The position numbers were made by a program, and so were the translations under genes. 64,000 bases of DNA, taken from an uncultured SAR116 cluster alpha proteobacterium (lineage in GTDB: Bacteria > Pseudomonadota > Alphaproteobacteria > Puniceispirillales > Marisalimonadaceae). Below are positions 53,590 through 63,100 of this stretch, one piece after another; the first letter of the stretch is position 1; every line of letters starts with the position of its first letter. The DNA is taken from positions 3,163 to 67,162 of the forward strand of contig CACJQK010000005.1 of the NCBI GenBank assembly GCA_902595515.1, given 5' to 3'. The notes under the pieces are model-generated. The model was not told the DNA's origin. It saw only the letters and a list, made by a program, of their open reading frames with translations, and did no database searches.

Positions 53590-54195
53590 ATGAAAAATAA
53601 AACTGAAAACTCTAATATAGTCAAATTTAATCCTGATCCAACTCGTGAAGAGGCTATGAATGCTGTAAGAACGTTAATTGCTTGGGCTGGAGACAATCCT
53701 AACAGAGAAGGCTTAATAGAAACTCCTAAGAGGGTAGTAGATGCATATACAGAGTTTTTTGAGGGTTATAAACTTAACCCTGAAGAAATATTATCCAAAA
53801 CCTTTGAAGAAGTTGAAGGTTACGATGAAATGGTATTAATAAAAAATATTAGATTAGAATCTCATTGTGAACATCACATTGTTCCAATTCTTGGAATAGC
53901 TCATGTAGCTTACATGCCCAACAAACGCGTCGTTGGAATAAGCAAATTAGCTAGACTAGTAGATGTTTATGCAAAAAGACTTCAGATACAAGAAACATTG
54001 ACTTCACAAATTGCTGAAACAATTCAAAGAGTTTTAGACCCGTTGGGTGTTGCTGTTATTATAGATGCATCTCATCAATGCATGACTACTAGAGGAGTTC
54101 ATAAACCTGAATCAAGCACGGTAACTAAACGCATGCTAGGTGTTTTTAAAGATGATGCAGAAATAAGATCTGAATTTATGAGATTAATAAATTAG
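53590..54195 (+). CDS. folE: GTP cyclohydrolase I (Zn-dependent)
   Basis: [33 protein letters not shown]. Confidence 0.97.
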   Translation: MKNKTENSNIVKFNPDPTREEAMNAVRTLIAWAGDNPNREGLIETPKRVVDAYTEFFEGYKLNPEEILSKTFEEVEGYDEMVLIKNIRLESHCEHHIVPILGIAHVAYMPNKRVVGISKLARLVDVYAKRLQIQETLTSQIAETIQRVLDPLGVAVIIDASHQCMTTRGVHKPESSTVTKRMLGVFKDDAEIRSEFMRLIN

Positions 54196-54231
54196 CAATA
54201 TAAAATATTATAAATTTAAACATAATTTGAT

Positions 54232-54306
54232 TGGTGATCCCTAGGGGATTCGAACCCCTATTGCAGCCGTGAAAGGGCTGAGTCCTAACCATTAGACGAA
54301 GGGACC
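54232..54306 (-). tRNA. tRNA-Glu(TTC)
   Basis: Acceptor stem GGTCCCT/AGGGATC, anticodon arm CAGCC-CTTTCAC-GGCTG, GGTTCGAATCC T-loop, encoded CCA. Confidence 0.96.
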
Positions 54307-54341
54307 ACAGAATAAGTTATTAACTTCAATTTTATTAAAAA

Positions 54342-56147
54342 TCAAGTAACATCTGCATAAATTATATCATCTAGCATAAACTCTATACTTTTAGAATTAT
54401 TCCATGTGTCTATGGAAAGACTGCCTAAAAAATCAAAATTTATATTTTCATAATTTTTGAATACCTTGTCCAAATCACTATTTAATAGATTGAACATTTT
54501 TACTCTTAGTTTATTTGATGAACCATCATTTATATAAAATGAAGCATGCTCATTATTAGTGCCAAATCTCCTAAAAGAAGATATTTTAGAATTAGGAACT
54601 ATAAATTTTGGCTCCTCCATTCCTGAACCCCAAGGACCCAATTTTTCAAGCAACTCAGCTATCTCTAAAGTGCAGGCAGAAATAGGAATAACAGAAGTTA
54701 CAATATATGAAAATCTTGGAACTCCCTTTCTCATGAAATAACTTACTTTATCATTTAAAAAAATGTTAAAGTTATGAATCTGAGATGGATCAATAGTAAA
54801 TCCTGCTGCCATATCATGTCCACCACCAGTTTTTATTATTTTTAAATTTGTCGCTTCTAAAATTATTTTCCCTAGTGGAACTCCATAAATTGATCTACCT
54901 GAACCCCTTCCTATGCCATCATTAATTGCAATCAAACATACAGGTCGGTTATATAATTCTTTCATTCTGCCAGCAACAATACCAGTTATACCTTGATGAA
55001 AATCATCCCCATCAACTACTATAGCATTAGGTACCCTGTTATCGTTTTTATTTTTAATTTTTTCTATTAATCCTATGACTTTACTCTCTAGTTCAGCTGT
55101 TAAAAATTTTCTTTTTTTATTCAATTCATCTAATTTGATAGCACTAACTTTAGCTTTGCTTTCATCATTTTCTTTAAGAAGATTTACACCAAGTTCGCTA
55201 TTTCCAATTCTACCTCCTGCATTAATTCTTGGACCCAAAGAAAAGCCTAAGGATTGAATGCTTGGTGAACTTCTTATTTTACTAATATCAGACAAAGCTT
55301 TGATTCCAATATTTTCTCTTCTTTTCATTATGTTAAGACCTTGCTTTACAAAGGCCCTATTAAGCTTGTTTAAAGGAACTACATCACAAACTGTACCTAA
55401 AGCGACCAAATCTAGAAATTGAAACAAATTAGGCTCATCTCTATTTTTAAAAAAACCAAGTTTTCTTAATTCTCTATTCAAACCAATTAAGAAGATAAAA
55501 GTTACACCAGCTGCACATAAATCTTCATATCCTTTTTCAGTATCTACTCTTTTAGGATTAATAATCGCATACGCTGGAGGTAATTTTATATCAGGTATAT
55601 GATGATCTATAACAATTACATCAATATCAACAGAAGTCATTGCCTTAAGCGGCTCAAAGGAAGAAATACCACAATCAACAGTAACTATTAATTTAGAGCC
55701 TTTTTTATGAAGCCCTTTTAAAGCTTTTTCATTTGGTCCGTATCCTTCTAAAAACCTATCTGGTATATGTATAAAAGTTTTACAGCCACATTGTTCCAAA
55801 TATTTTGATATAATAGCTGCAGACGTAGCTCCGTCTACGTCATAATCACCAAAAACACCTATAGGTCGCGATGCAATTACCTCTGAAGCTAATCTTTTCA
55901 CTCCTTTTTCTAAATCTTTAAATTTAAAAGGTTCCGGTAATAAATTTTTAAGCTTGGGAGCGAAGAAGTTATCAAATTCGTCTAAATTAACACCCTTATA
56001 CATCAGATATGGTGTAATAAAACTAGGCAACTTATATTTTTGATACAAATAATCCACAGACCTTTTCGTAAAGTCATTTGAAACAATTAAATGCCAGTCC
56101 GCATTATTTACAGATGGATTTAAGTTATATAATAAAGTTTTTTTCAA
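54342..56147 (-). CDS. recJ: ssDNA exonuclease RecJ
   Basis: GDYDVDG, TVDCG, IDHH, GPRINAGGR, GSGRS, GGHDMAAG. Confidence 0.96.
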   Translation of the reverse strand: MKKTLLYNLNPSVNNADWHLIVSNDFTKRSVDYLYQKYKLPSFITPYLMYKGVNLDEFDNFFAPKLKNLLPEPFKFKDLEKGVKRLASEVIASRPIGVFGDYDVDGATSAAIISKYLEQCGCKTFIHIPDRFLEGYGPNEKALKGLHKKGSKLIVTVDCGISSFEPLKAMTSVDIDVIVIDHHIPDIKLPPAYAIINPKRVDTEKGYEDLCAAGVTFIFLIGLNRELRKLGFFKNRDEPNLFQFLDLVALGTVCDVVPLNKLNRAFVKQGLNIMKRRENIGIKALSDISKIRSSPSIQSLGFSLGPRINAGGRIGNSELGVNLLKENDESKAKVSAIKLDELNKKRKFLTAELESKVIGLIEKIKNKNDNRVPNAIVVDGDDFHQGITGIVAGRMKELYNRPVCLIAINDGIGRGSGRSIYGVPLGKIILEATNLKIIKTGGGHDMAAGFTIDPSQIHNFNIFLNDKVSYFMRKGVPRFSYIVTSVIPISACTLEIAELLEKLGPWGSGMEEPKFIVPNSKISSFRRFGTNNEHASFYINDGSSNKLRVKMFNLLNSDLDKVFKNYENINFDFLGSLSIDTWNNSKSIEFMLDDIIYADVT

Positions 56148-56165
56148 GTTAACTGCTTACAATTA

Positions 56166-57461
56166 TTAGGAATAAATACTTAAGCAAACTGGCTTTGTAA
56201 TTACACCATCTAATATTGATATTTTTGATAAAGAATCGTTTAACACAAAACCTTCAGCCTCGTGAGTTATAATTACTAATTCAGCAGTTTTGTCTTCTTG
56301 ATTAGATTTTTGAATAAAGCTTTCAATTGATAATCCATAATCTTTAAAAATGGACGTAACATCAGCTAAAACTCCAGATTTATCTACTACACTTAACCTT
56401 AAGTAATACCTAAATTTATTTGTATAAGAAATTGTATTAAAATTATTTTTAATATCTTTTGAATTTCTTCCAAATGAAAATAACTTAGTCTCATTAGCAT
56501 AATCTACTATGTCTGCTAAGACAGCAGATGCAGTAGGTTCTCCACCAGCTCCAGCACCTGTAATCATTACTGAGCCAGCTAAGCTTGATTCAATTTGAAC
56601 AGCGTTTAGCACCCCAGCAACACTTGAAAGGCCGAGATTTTTTGATATAAGCCATGGCTCAACAGAACAACACAACTCATCTTCACCTTTTTTATTTTTA
56701 GATAACAAAGAATTACCTAATAGCTTAATTTTATATCCTAATTGATTGCAGTATGAAATATCATTCAGTGTGATATCTCTAATTCCCTTAATTTTAAGAT
56801 TATTAACATTTGGCATTTTTCCATAAGCTAAGGCAGACAATATTATAGTTTTGTGAGCTGCATCAATTCCATCCACATCAAATGATGGATCTGCTTCAGC
56901 AAAACCTTTCTTTTGAGCTTCTTTGAGAACTATATCAAAACTTTTTTGTTCTTTTTCCATCTCGGATAAAATATAATTTGCAGTTCCATTTAAAATGCCT
57001 GTGAGTTTAGTAATTTCATTTACTATTAATCCTTCTCTAATGAGTTTAAGAATTGGAATACCACCTGCAACAGAAGCCTCAAAAGAAAAGAATAAATTTC
57101 TTTCCTCAGCTATTTCGGCTAATTCTTTACCATATTTTGCAATTAGTGCCTTATTAGCAGTAATAACTGCCTTATTATTTTTTAGAGCAGAAAAGCATAA
57201 ATCTTTTGCAACACCCTCGTCACCACCAATTAATTCTACGATCACATCAATATTATTGTCTAACACCATATCTGCAGGATTATCAAAAAACTTAAGATTA
57301 TTTATATCTACTTTTCTTTTTTTGTTTTTTGACCTAGCTGAAACAGCTACTAACTCAATTTGGAATAAATTTTTTTGAACTCTGAAACCTTTTATTAACT
57401 GATAAGCAACCTCTTCACCAACATTTCCAAGCCCAGCGATTCCTATTTTTATAGGTTTCAT
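56166..57461 (-). CDS. hom: Homoserine dehydrogenase with ACT domain
   Basis: GLGNVG, TANK, EASVAGGIP, GILNGT, AEADP, GAGAG. Confidence 0.96.
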   Translation of the reverse strand: MKPIKIGIAGLGNVGEEVAYQLIKGFRVQKNLFQIELVAVSARSKNKKRKVDINNLKFFDNPADMVLDNNIDVIVELIGGDEGVAKDLCFSALKNNKAVITANKALIAKYGKELAEIAEERNLFFSFEASVAGGIPILKLIREGLIVNEITKLTGILNGTANYILSEMEKEQKSFDIVLKEAQKKGFAEADPSFDVDGIDAAHKTIILSALAYGKMPNVNNLKIKGIRDITLNDISYCNQLGYKIKLLGNSLLSKNKKGEDELCCSVEPWLISKNLGLSSVAGVLNAVQIESSLAGSVMITGAGAGGEPTASAVLADIVDYANETKLFSFGRNSKDIKNNFNTISYTNKFRYYLRLSVVDKSGVLADVTSIFKDYGLSIESFIQKSNQEDKTAELVIITHEAEGFVLNDSLSKISILDGVITKPVCLSIYS

Positions 57462-57515
57462 TGCATTTCCTTCTCATTTAAAAATAACAAATTACTTATA
57501 AAATATTTTTTATAT

Positions 57516-57541
57516 AAAAAAAAGGTGTGCAATGCACACCT
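57516..57541 (-). terminator. Intrinsic terminator after rplM-rpsI
   Basis: On the + strand AGGTGTGCA-A-TGCACACCT is preceded by an A run, giving a hairpin plus U tract on the - strand just after the rpsI stop. Confidence 0.85.
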
Positions 57542-57567
57542 CGTTATTAAAAATAAAATTCTCATTT

Positions 57568-58056
57568 CTATCGTTTTGAAAATTGAAAACTTTTTCTAGC
57601 TTTTGCTCTACCATATTTTTTACGCTCAACAACCCTTGAGTCTCTGGTTAACATACCAGCAGTTTTTAATGATTTTCTAAGATCTGGTTCAAAAAGACTA
57701 AGAGCCCTACTTAAACCGTGTCTAACCGCTCCTGCCTGACCAGATAATCCGCCACCTTTAACTGTGGCAATAACATCAAACTGATCTTTTCTTTCGGTAA
57801 TGTCAAACACTAAATTCAACTGCATTTGCAGAACTGGTCTAGCAAAGTAATTTACCATTTTTTTACCATTAATAGAAATCTTTCCTGTACCTCGCTTCAC
57901 CCAAACACGAGCAGTAGATTCTTTTCTTCTTCCAGTAGCATAAGATCTACCTAATGTATCAATTTTAGGTTCATTAACGACAGCCTCTTCTTTGTCATCA
58001 ACTTTCAATTTAGATAAATCATCAAGACTATTTTTTTCTTTATTTTCTTCAGCCAT
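57568..58056 (-). CDS. rpsI: 30S ribosomal protein S9
   Basis: [27 protein letters not shown]. Confidence 0.98.
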   Translation of the reverse strand: MAEENKEKNSLDDLSKLKVDDKEEAVVNEPKIDTLGRSYATGRRKESTARVWVKRGTGKISINGKKMVNYFARPVLQMQLNLVFDITERKDQFDVIATVKGGGLSGQAGAVRHGLSRALSLFEPDLRKSLKTAGMLTRDSRVVERKKYGRAKARKSFQFSKR

Positions 58057-58066
58057 ATTTAAACCT

Positions 58067-58531
58067 TCAACTATTTTTTCTATTCATAGATTTTACATCT
58101 AATGTTACTGGAGATTGAGCTTTATGAGGATGATTATTGCCAGCATATATATATAGTTGCCTCATAACTTGACGCCCAAGTGGACCACGAGGAACCATTC
58201 TTTCTACAGCTTTACGAATAACTCTATCTGGAAATCTTCCATCTAAAATTTTATCAGCTTTTCTTTCTTTAATACCTCCAGGATATCCTGTATGCCAATA
58301 ATATGTTTTTTGAGATCTTTTGTTTCCAGTCAAAACAACTTTTTCACAATTAACAACAATTATATTATCACCACATGCCATATGTGGAGTGTATCCAACC
58401 TTGTGTTTACCTCTTAATCTATTTGCAATAATTACAGCCAAGCGTCCTAAGACCAACCCTTCTGCGTCTACGATAAACCAATCTTTATTAATATCTTTTG
58501 GTTTTGCTGAATAAGTACCTTTCAAGGCCAT
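58067..58531 (-). CDS. rplM: 50S ribosomal protein L13
   Basis: LGRLA, LRGKHK..YTPH, HTGYPGG, HPHKAQ. Confidence 0.98.
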   Translation of the reverse strand: MALKGTYSAKPKDINKDWFIVDAEGLVLGRLAVIIANRLRGKHKVGYTPHMACGDNIIVVNCEKVVLTGNKRSQKTYYWHTGYPGGIKERKADKILDGRFPDRVIRKAVERMVPRGPLGRQVMRQLYIYAGNNHPHKAQSPVTLDVKSMNRKNS

Positions 58532-58760
58532 TACATCTTTCCTTAATGAAAATTTGTTAATAAATTTATGCTTAGTTAACCTTTTTATTTTTAACAGTCA
58601 ATTAAAAAGTTCTTATTATTTTATAATAATTTCAATTACTTAATTTATTGAGTATTATAATACCACATAACAATAACGTATAAAGAAAGATAGATTAAAT
58701 TAATAAAAAACACTAGTATAAATTAATATTATTTTAATAAAATTATGAATGAGCTAATAA

Positions 58761-59782
58761 ATGAATTATGATTTAGAATTTAAAAACATTTTAAGAATTG
58801 TTACTGATGGAAAAGAATTAAGTTATCAATTAAGCAAATCAGCATTTGAGATAATTATGTCTGGAAAAGCAACTGAAGCTCAAATTTCGTCTTTTTAACA
58901 GCTATCAAAATGCAAAACCATAACCCAACTGTTATTGCAGCAGGCGCAGAAATTCTCAGAGATAAATGTTCAAAAATTAAATCTAAGGAAAATACAATCG
59001 ATGTTGTAGGAACTGGGGGAGACAATTTAGGTACATTGAATATATCAACTGCTGTTTCGTTTGTATTAGCAGGAATAGATATCCCAGTAGCAAAACACGG
59101 AAACTATTCTGCTACCTCTAAGTCAGGGGCTGCAAATGTTTTAAAATCTCTATCAGTTAATATTGATTGTGAACTTGATATAGTAGCGAGATGTTTGGAC
59201 AAAATTGGTATTTGTTTTCTTCTTGCTCCAAAACATCATATTGCAATGAAATATGTTGGTAAAATAAGACAAGAAATTGGCATAAGAACTATTTTTAATT
59301 TATTAGGACCTTTATCCAACCCAGCTTTAGTTAAAAAACAATTATTAGGTGTTTATGACAAATCTCTTATATTACCATTTGCGGAGTCATTAAAAACTCT
59401 TGGATCCACTCATGCATGGATAGTCCATGGGAGTGACGGATTGGATGAAGTAACAATAACCGGTGAGACTTATTGCGCTGAACTTAAAAATGGAAAAATA
59501 AAAGAATTTTCAATAAACCCATCCGATATAGATCTTCCCACAGCTAAAATTTCTGATATTGTTGGAGGAGAACCAGAAGAAAATGCTAAAGAAATCATTG
59601 AATTGTTTAATGGTAAAAAAAGTAAGTTTAGAGATGTAGTTATTTTAAACTCTGCCTCCGCTTTAGTTGCTACGGGCAATGCACTCAATCTTCAAGAAGG
59701 TGCATTAAAATCTATTGAATCATTAGACAAAGGTAAGGCTATGGAAAAATTAGAAATGTTAATAGAAATGACTAATTTGTAG
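58761..59782 (+). pseudogene. trpD: Anthranilate phosphoribosyltransferase with a 1-nt frameshift at 58892-58896 (or sequence error)
   Basis: ATG 58761 gives MNYDLEFK...AFEIIMSGKATEAQISSF then TAA; one extra T restores SFLTAIKMQ and joins the 290-aa ORF (DVVGTGGD, KHGN, RTIFNLLGP, DGLDE). Confidence 0.85.
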
Positions 59783-59796
59783 GATTAAATATTAAA

Positions 59797-60579
59797 ATGG
59801 TTACAAAACTTCAAGAAATCATAAATTATAAAAAAGAAGAATTTACTTTTAGAAAAAATAAAACAAATTATTTTGATCTCCAATCAAAAATTGATAAACA
59901 AACAGAACCAAGAAAATTTTTAGAAAACCTTAATAATCCCAATAAATTTAACCTTATAGCAGAAATAAAAAAAGCGTCACCGAGTAGAGGATTAATAAGA
60001 AAAAATTTTGATCCATTAGAACTAGCAAAATGTTATCAAGATGGAGGTGCTTCTTGTTTATCTGTTTTAACTGATGAGAAATATTTTCAAGGAAATAATA
60101 AATATATAAATATTATAAAAAAAGAAATTGATTTACCAATTCTAAGAAAGGATTTTATAATTGATCCTTGGCAAATAAAAGAATCTAGATCCTTAGGTGC
60201 TGATTGTATATTGTTAATAATGGCAGCACTTAATTTAGAAGAAGCAATTTTGTTAGAAAAAGAGGCTTTAGATTTAGGCATGGACGTACTTGTTGAGACA
60301 CATACTCACGAAGAAATTAAGATGGCTAATAAACTTAAATCAAAATTAGTTGGCGTTAATAATCGAAATTTAAAAACAATGGAAGTAGATATTAATAATA
60401 CTATAAAACTAAAAAAATTTATTGATCCAGACAAAATTATCGTGGCAGAAAGTGGATTAAAAACACAAACAGATCTTAAGTTGTTAAAAAAAAATGGGGT
60501 AATAAATTTTTTAATTGGAGAAAGCCTTATGAAAGAAAAAAATTTAACTTTGGCAACAAAAACAATATTAGGAATTTAA
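59797..60579 (+). CDS. trpC: Indole-3-glycerol phosphate synthase
   Basis: IAEIKKASPS, SVLTD, LRKDF, GVNNRNL, ESG. Confidence 0.97.
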   Translation: MVTKLQEIINYKKEEFTFRKNKTNYFDLQSKIDKQTEPRKFLENLNNPNKFNLIAEIKKASPSRGLIRKNFDPLELAKCYQDGGASCLSVLTDEKYFQGNNKYINIIKKEIDLPILRKDFIIDPWQIKESRSLGADCILLIMAALNLEEAILLEKEALDLGMDVLVETHTHEEIKMANKLKSKLVGVNNRNLKTMEVDINNTIKLKKFIDPDKIIVAESGLKTQTDLKLLKKNGVINFLIGESLMKEKNLTLATKTILGI

Positions 60580-60581
60580 AA

Positions 60582-61064
60582 TTGAGCAAGAATGAACTTA
60601 CACATTTTGATAAAAACGGAAACCCATCAATGGTGGACATAAACCAAAAAGACACTACCGTTCGCGTAGCTATTGCAACTGGTAAAATTATGATGAAAGC
60701 AAATACACTAAAAAAAATATTAGACTTAGAAATTAAAAAAGGTGATGTTCTTAATATAGCAAAATTAGCAGGTATTATGGCTGCAAAAAAAACAGACCAA
60801 CTTATCCCTTTATGTCACTCTATTCCTTTATCATATGTTAATGTTGATTTAGAACCAAATATTGAAGAATCTTCTGTAAAAATTACTGCTGAAGCCTCTA
60901 TCGTTGGGAAAACTGGAGTTGAGATGGAAGCTTTAACTGCGGTCTCAGTTACTGGCCTTACCATTTATGACATGTGTAAGGCTATTGACAGAGAAATGAT
61001 ATTAACAAAAATAAAACTCATTCATAAATCTGGAGGAAAATCTGGAGAATTCAATGCAGTTTGA
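60582..61064 (+). CDS. moaC: Cyclic pyranopterin monophosphate synthase
   Basis: MVDI, KGDV, LIPLCH, TGVEMEAL, YDMCK, KSGGKSG. Confidence 0.97.
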   Translation: MSKNELTHFDKNGNPSMVDINQKDTTVRVAIATGKIMMKANTLKKILDLEIKKGDVLNIAKLAGIMAAKKTDQLIPLCHSIPLSYVNVDLEPNIEESSVKITAEASIVGKTGVEMEALTAVSVTGLTIYDMCKAIDREMILTKIKLIHKSGGKSGEFNAV

Positions 61065-62286
61065 CTTGTTGTCTTTAGATGAAGCAATCAATAAAATTAA
61101 ATCAAGCTTTCAAAAAATTAGTAATGAAGACATTTTTCTAAAAGATGCTCTAGGTAGGTGCCTTGCAAAACCCATAATAAGTGAAATAGATAACCCTAAG
61201 TATGATGTTTCTTCAATGGATGGATATGCTATAAATCACAAAGATTTTATTAAACTAAAAGACGGCAAAATTAAAAAGTTCAAAATTGTTGGAGAGTCCT
61301 CTGCAGGAGCTCCTTACTCAAAAAAAATAAATTCTCAAGAAACAGTCAGAATTTTTACAGGTGCTAAATTACCTAATGGAAGTAATACAGTAATTATTCA
61401 AGAGGATGTGAAAGTTTTAAACAATGAAAATTTTATAATAGTTGAAGAAACTCCTAAAAAAAATCAGTATGTTCGTAAAAAAGGATTAGATTTTAAAAGA
61501 AACAATATACTTTTTAAAGAAGGTACGATTCTAAAATCACGTCACCTTGGATCTATTGCAATGACTGGACAAGCTTGGTTAACAGTATCTAGAAAACCAA
61601 CAGTCTCAATTTTATCTACTGGTAATGAAATTTTAAAAGTAGGAGAGCAAATATCAAAAGATAAAATTCCTGGTGGTAACAGTCTTATGTTAGCATCTAT
61701 GGTCCAAGAGTTTGGAGGAATAGCTAGAATTTTACCAGTTGCTAAAGATAATTTACAAGATATTTATGAAATATTAGAGAACGCTATTGATAGTGATTTA
61801 ATTATAACCACTGGAGGAGTTTCAGTTGGGAAATATGATTTAATACAAAAAGCTTTATCAAAATTTAAGAATAAGATTGAATTTTGGAAAATAGCTATAA
61901 GACCCGGAAAACCATTGCTTTTTTCAAAAATAAATAATACTCCATTAATTGGATTACCTGGAAATCCTGTGTCTTCAGGTGTTTGCTCATTAATATTTGT
62001 AAATATAGCTATAAGAAAAATGATAGGCGACAATAGCTATTTCCCTCTTTTGGAAAATGGTATTTTAAATGGTAATATGTCTAAAAATGATAAAAGACTG
62101 GATTTTGTAAGAGCAAAATCAACTTACAATAATGGTGTGTTAAACGTTACGCCATTTAACTTGCAAGACAGCTCAATGATTACAAATTTTTCAAGAGCTG
62201 ACTGTTTGATTGTAAGAGACCCATTCGAAAAATCAGTTAGCAATGGCGAGAATGTAAAAGTATTAAAATTCCCAAATAATATTTAA
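61054..62286 (+). CDS. moeA: Molybdopterin molybdotransferase
   Basis: SMDGYA, RIFTGA, STGNE, TGGVSVG, PGKP, LPGNPVS. Confidence 0.96.
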   Translation: MQFDLLSLDEAINKIKSSFQKISNEDIFLKDALGRCLAKPIISEIDNPKYDVSSMDGYAINHKDFIKLKDGKIKKFKIVGESSAGAPYSKKINSQETVRIFTGAKLPNGSNTVIIQEDVKVLNNENFIIVEETPKKNQYVRKKGLDFKRNNILFKEGTILKSRHLGSIAMTGQAWLTVSRKPTVSILSTGNEILKVGEQISKDKIPGGNSLMLASMVQEFGGIARILPVAKDNLQDIYEILENAIDSDLIITTGGVSVGKYDLIQKALSKFKNKIEFWKIAIRPGKPLLFSKINNTPLIGLPGNPVSSGVCSLIFVNIAIRKMIGDNSYFPLLENGILNGNMSKNDKRLDFVRAKSTYNNGVLNVTPFNLQDSSMITNFSRADCLIVRDPFEKSVSNGENVKVLKFPNNI

Positions 62287-62314
62287 AACTTGTGTTTAAC
62301 TTAAATATATGTTA

Positions 62315-62329
62315 GAACAAATAGTGAAC
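62315..62329 (+). promoter_or_regulatory. Alphaproteobacterial LexA (SOS) box
   Basis: GAAC-aaatagt-GAAC, an exact GAAC-N7-GAAC, ending 11 nt before the lexA ATG. Confidence 0.88.
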
Positions 62330-62340
62330 ATGAGGAAATA

Positions 62341-63024
62341 ATGTTAACAAACAAACAAAATCAATTGTTAAATTTCTTAATTCTACGTATAGAACAAGAT
62401 GGTGTTTCTCCTTCATATGAAGAAATTTGTTTAGAACTTAATTTAAAGTCTAAATCTGGCATTCACAGAATTGTAAAAGCTCTTGAAGAAAGAGGATATA
62501 TTGAACATCTAGAAAATAAAGCTAGAGCAATTGCTCCAACTAAATACCCAAATGGGCAACCCTATATTACTAATGTGATCAATATCAATAAATTATTACA
62601 TCCAAAAGATAAAGACATTATAAAAACATCAAATGAGGACATAAAAAAAATACCAATGCTCGGGAAAATTGCCGCTGGAACTCCAATAGAAGCAATCTCA
62701 AATTATGACCAACTTATCGAAGTGCCTAAAAGTCATTTGCTTTCCGAAGAAAACTTTGCCTTAACTGTAGAAGGAGACTCAATGATAGACGAAGGTATAT
62801 TTGATGGAGATACAGTTTTAATAAGTAAAATAACAAATGTTAATAATGGAGATATTGTTGTAGCTTTAATTGACAAAGAAGAAGCAACATTAAAAAAATT
62901 TAGAAAAAAGGGTGATAGTATCGCTCTTGAACCTGCTAATAAACATTATAAAACCCAAATATACGGACCAGACAGAGTTACGATACAAGGGAAAATGTGC
63001 GCACTTATAAGAAAATATTTTTAA
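62341..63024 (+). CDS. lexA: SOS repressor LexA
   Basis: PSYEE...KSKSGIHR..LEERG HTH, IAAGTP cleavage site, GDSM Ser, ATLK Lys. Confidence 0.97.
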   Translation: MLTNKQNQLLNFLILRIEQDGVSPSYEEICLELNLKSKSGIHRIVKALEERGYIEHLENKARAIAPTKYPNGQPYITNVININKLLHPKDKDIIKTSNEDIKKIPMLGKIAAGTPIEAISNYDQLIEVPKSHLLSEENFALTVEGDSMIDEGIFDGDTVLISKITNVNNGDIVVALIDKEEATLKKFRKKGDSIALEPANKHYKTQIYGPDRVTIQGKMCALIRKYF

Positions 63025-63100
63025 AAAAATATCAATAATTCTTTAAATTTATATAAAATTATGTCAAATATTCTGATTTAATTTATACAAGAGAAGTATT

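Noticed and set aside
36186-54306. tRNA-Glu-anchored genomic island or prophage
   Set aside because: Accessory genes lie 3' of the tRNA, but no integrase, phage gene or duplicated tRNA 3' end was seen, and folE is housekeeping
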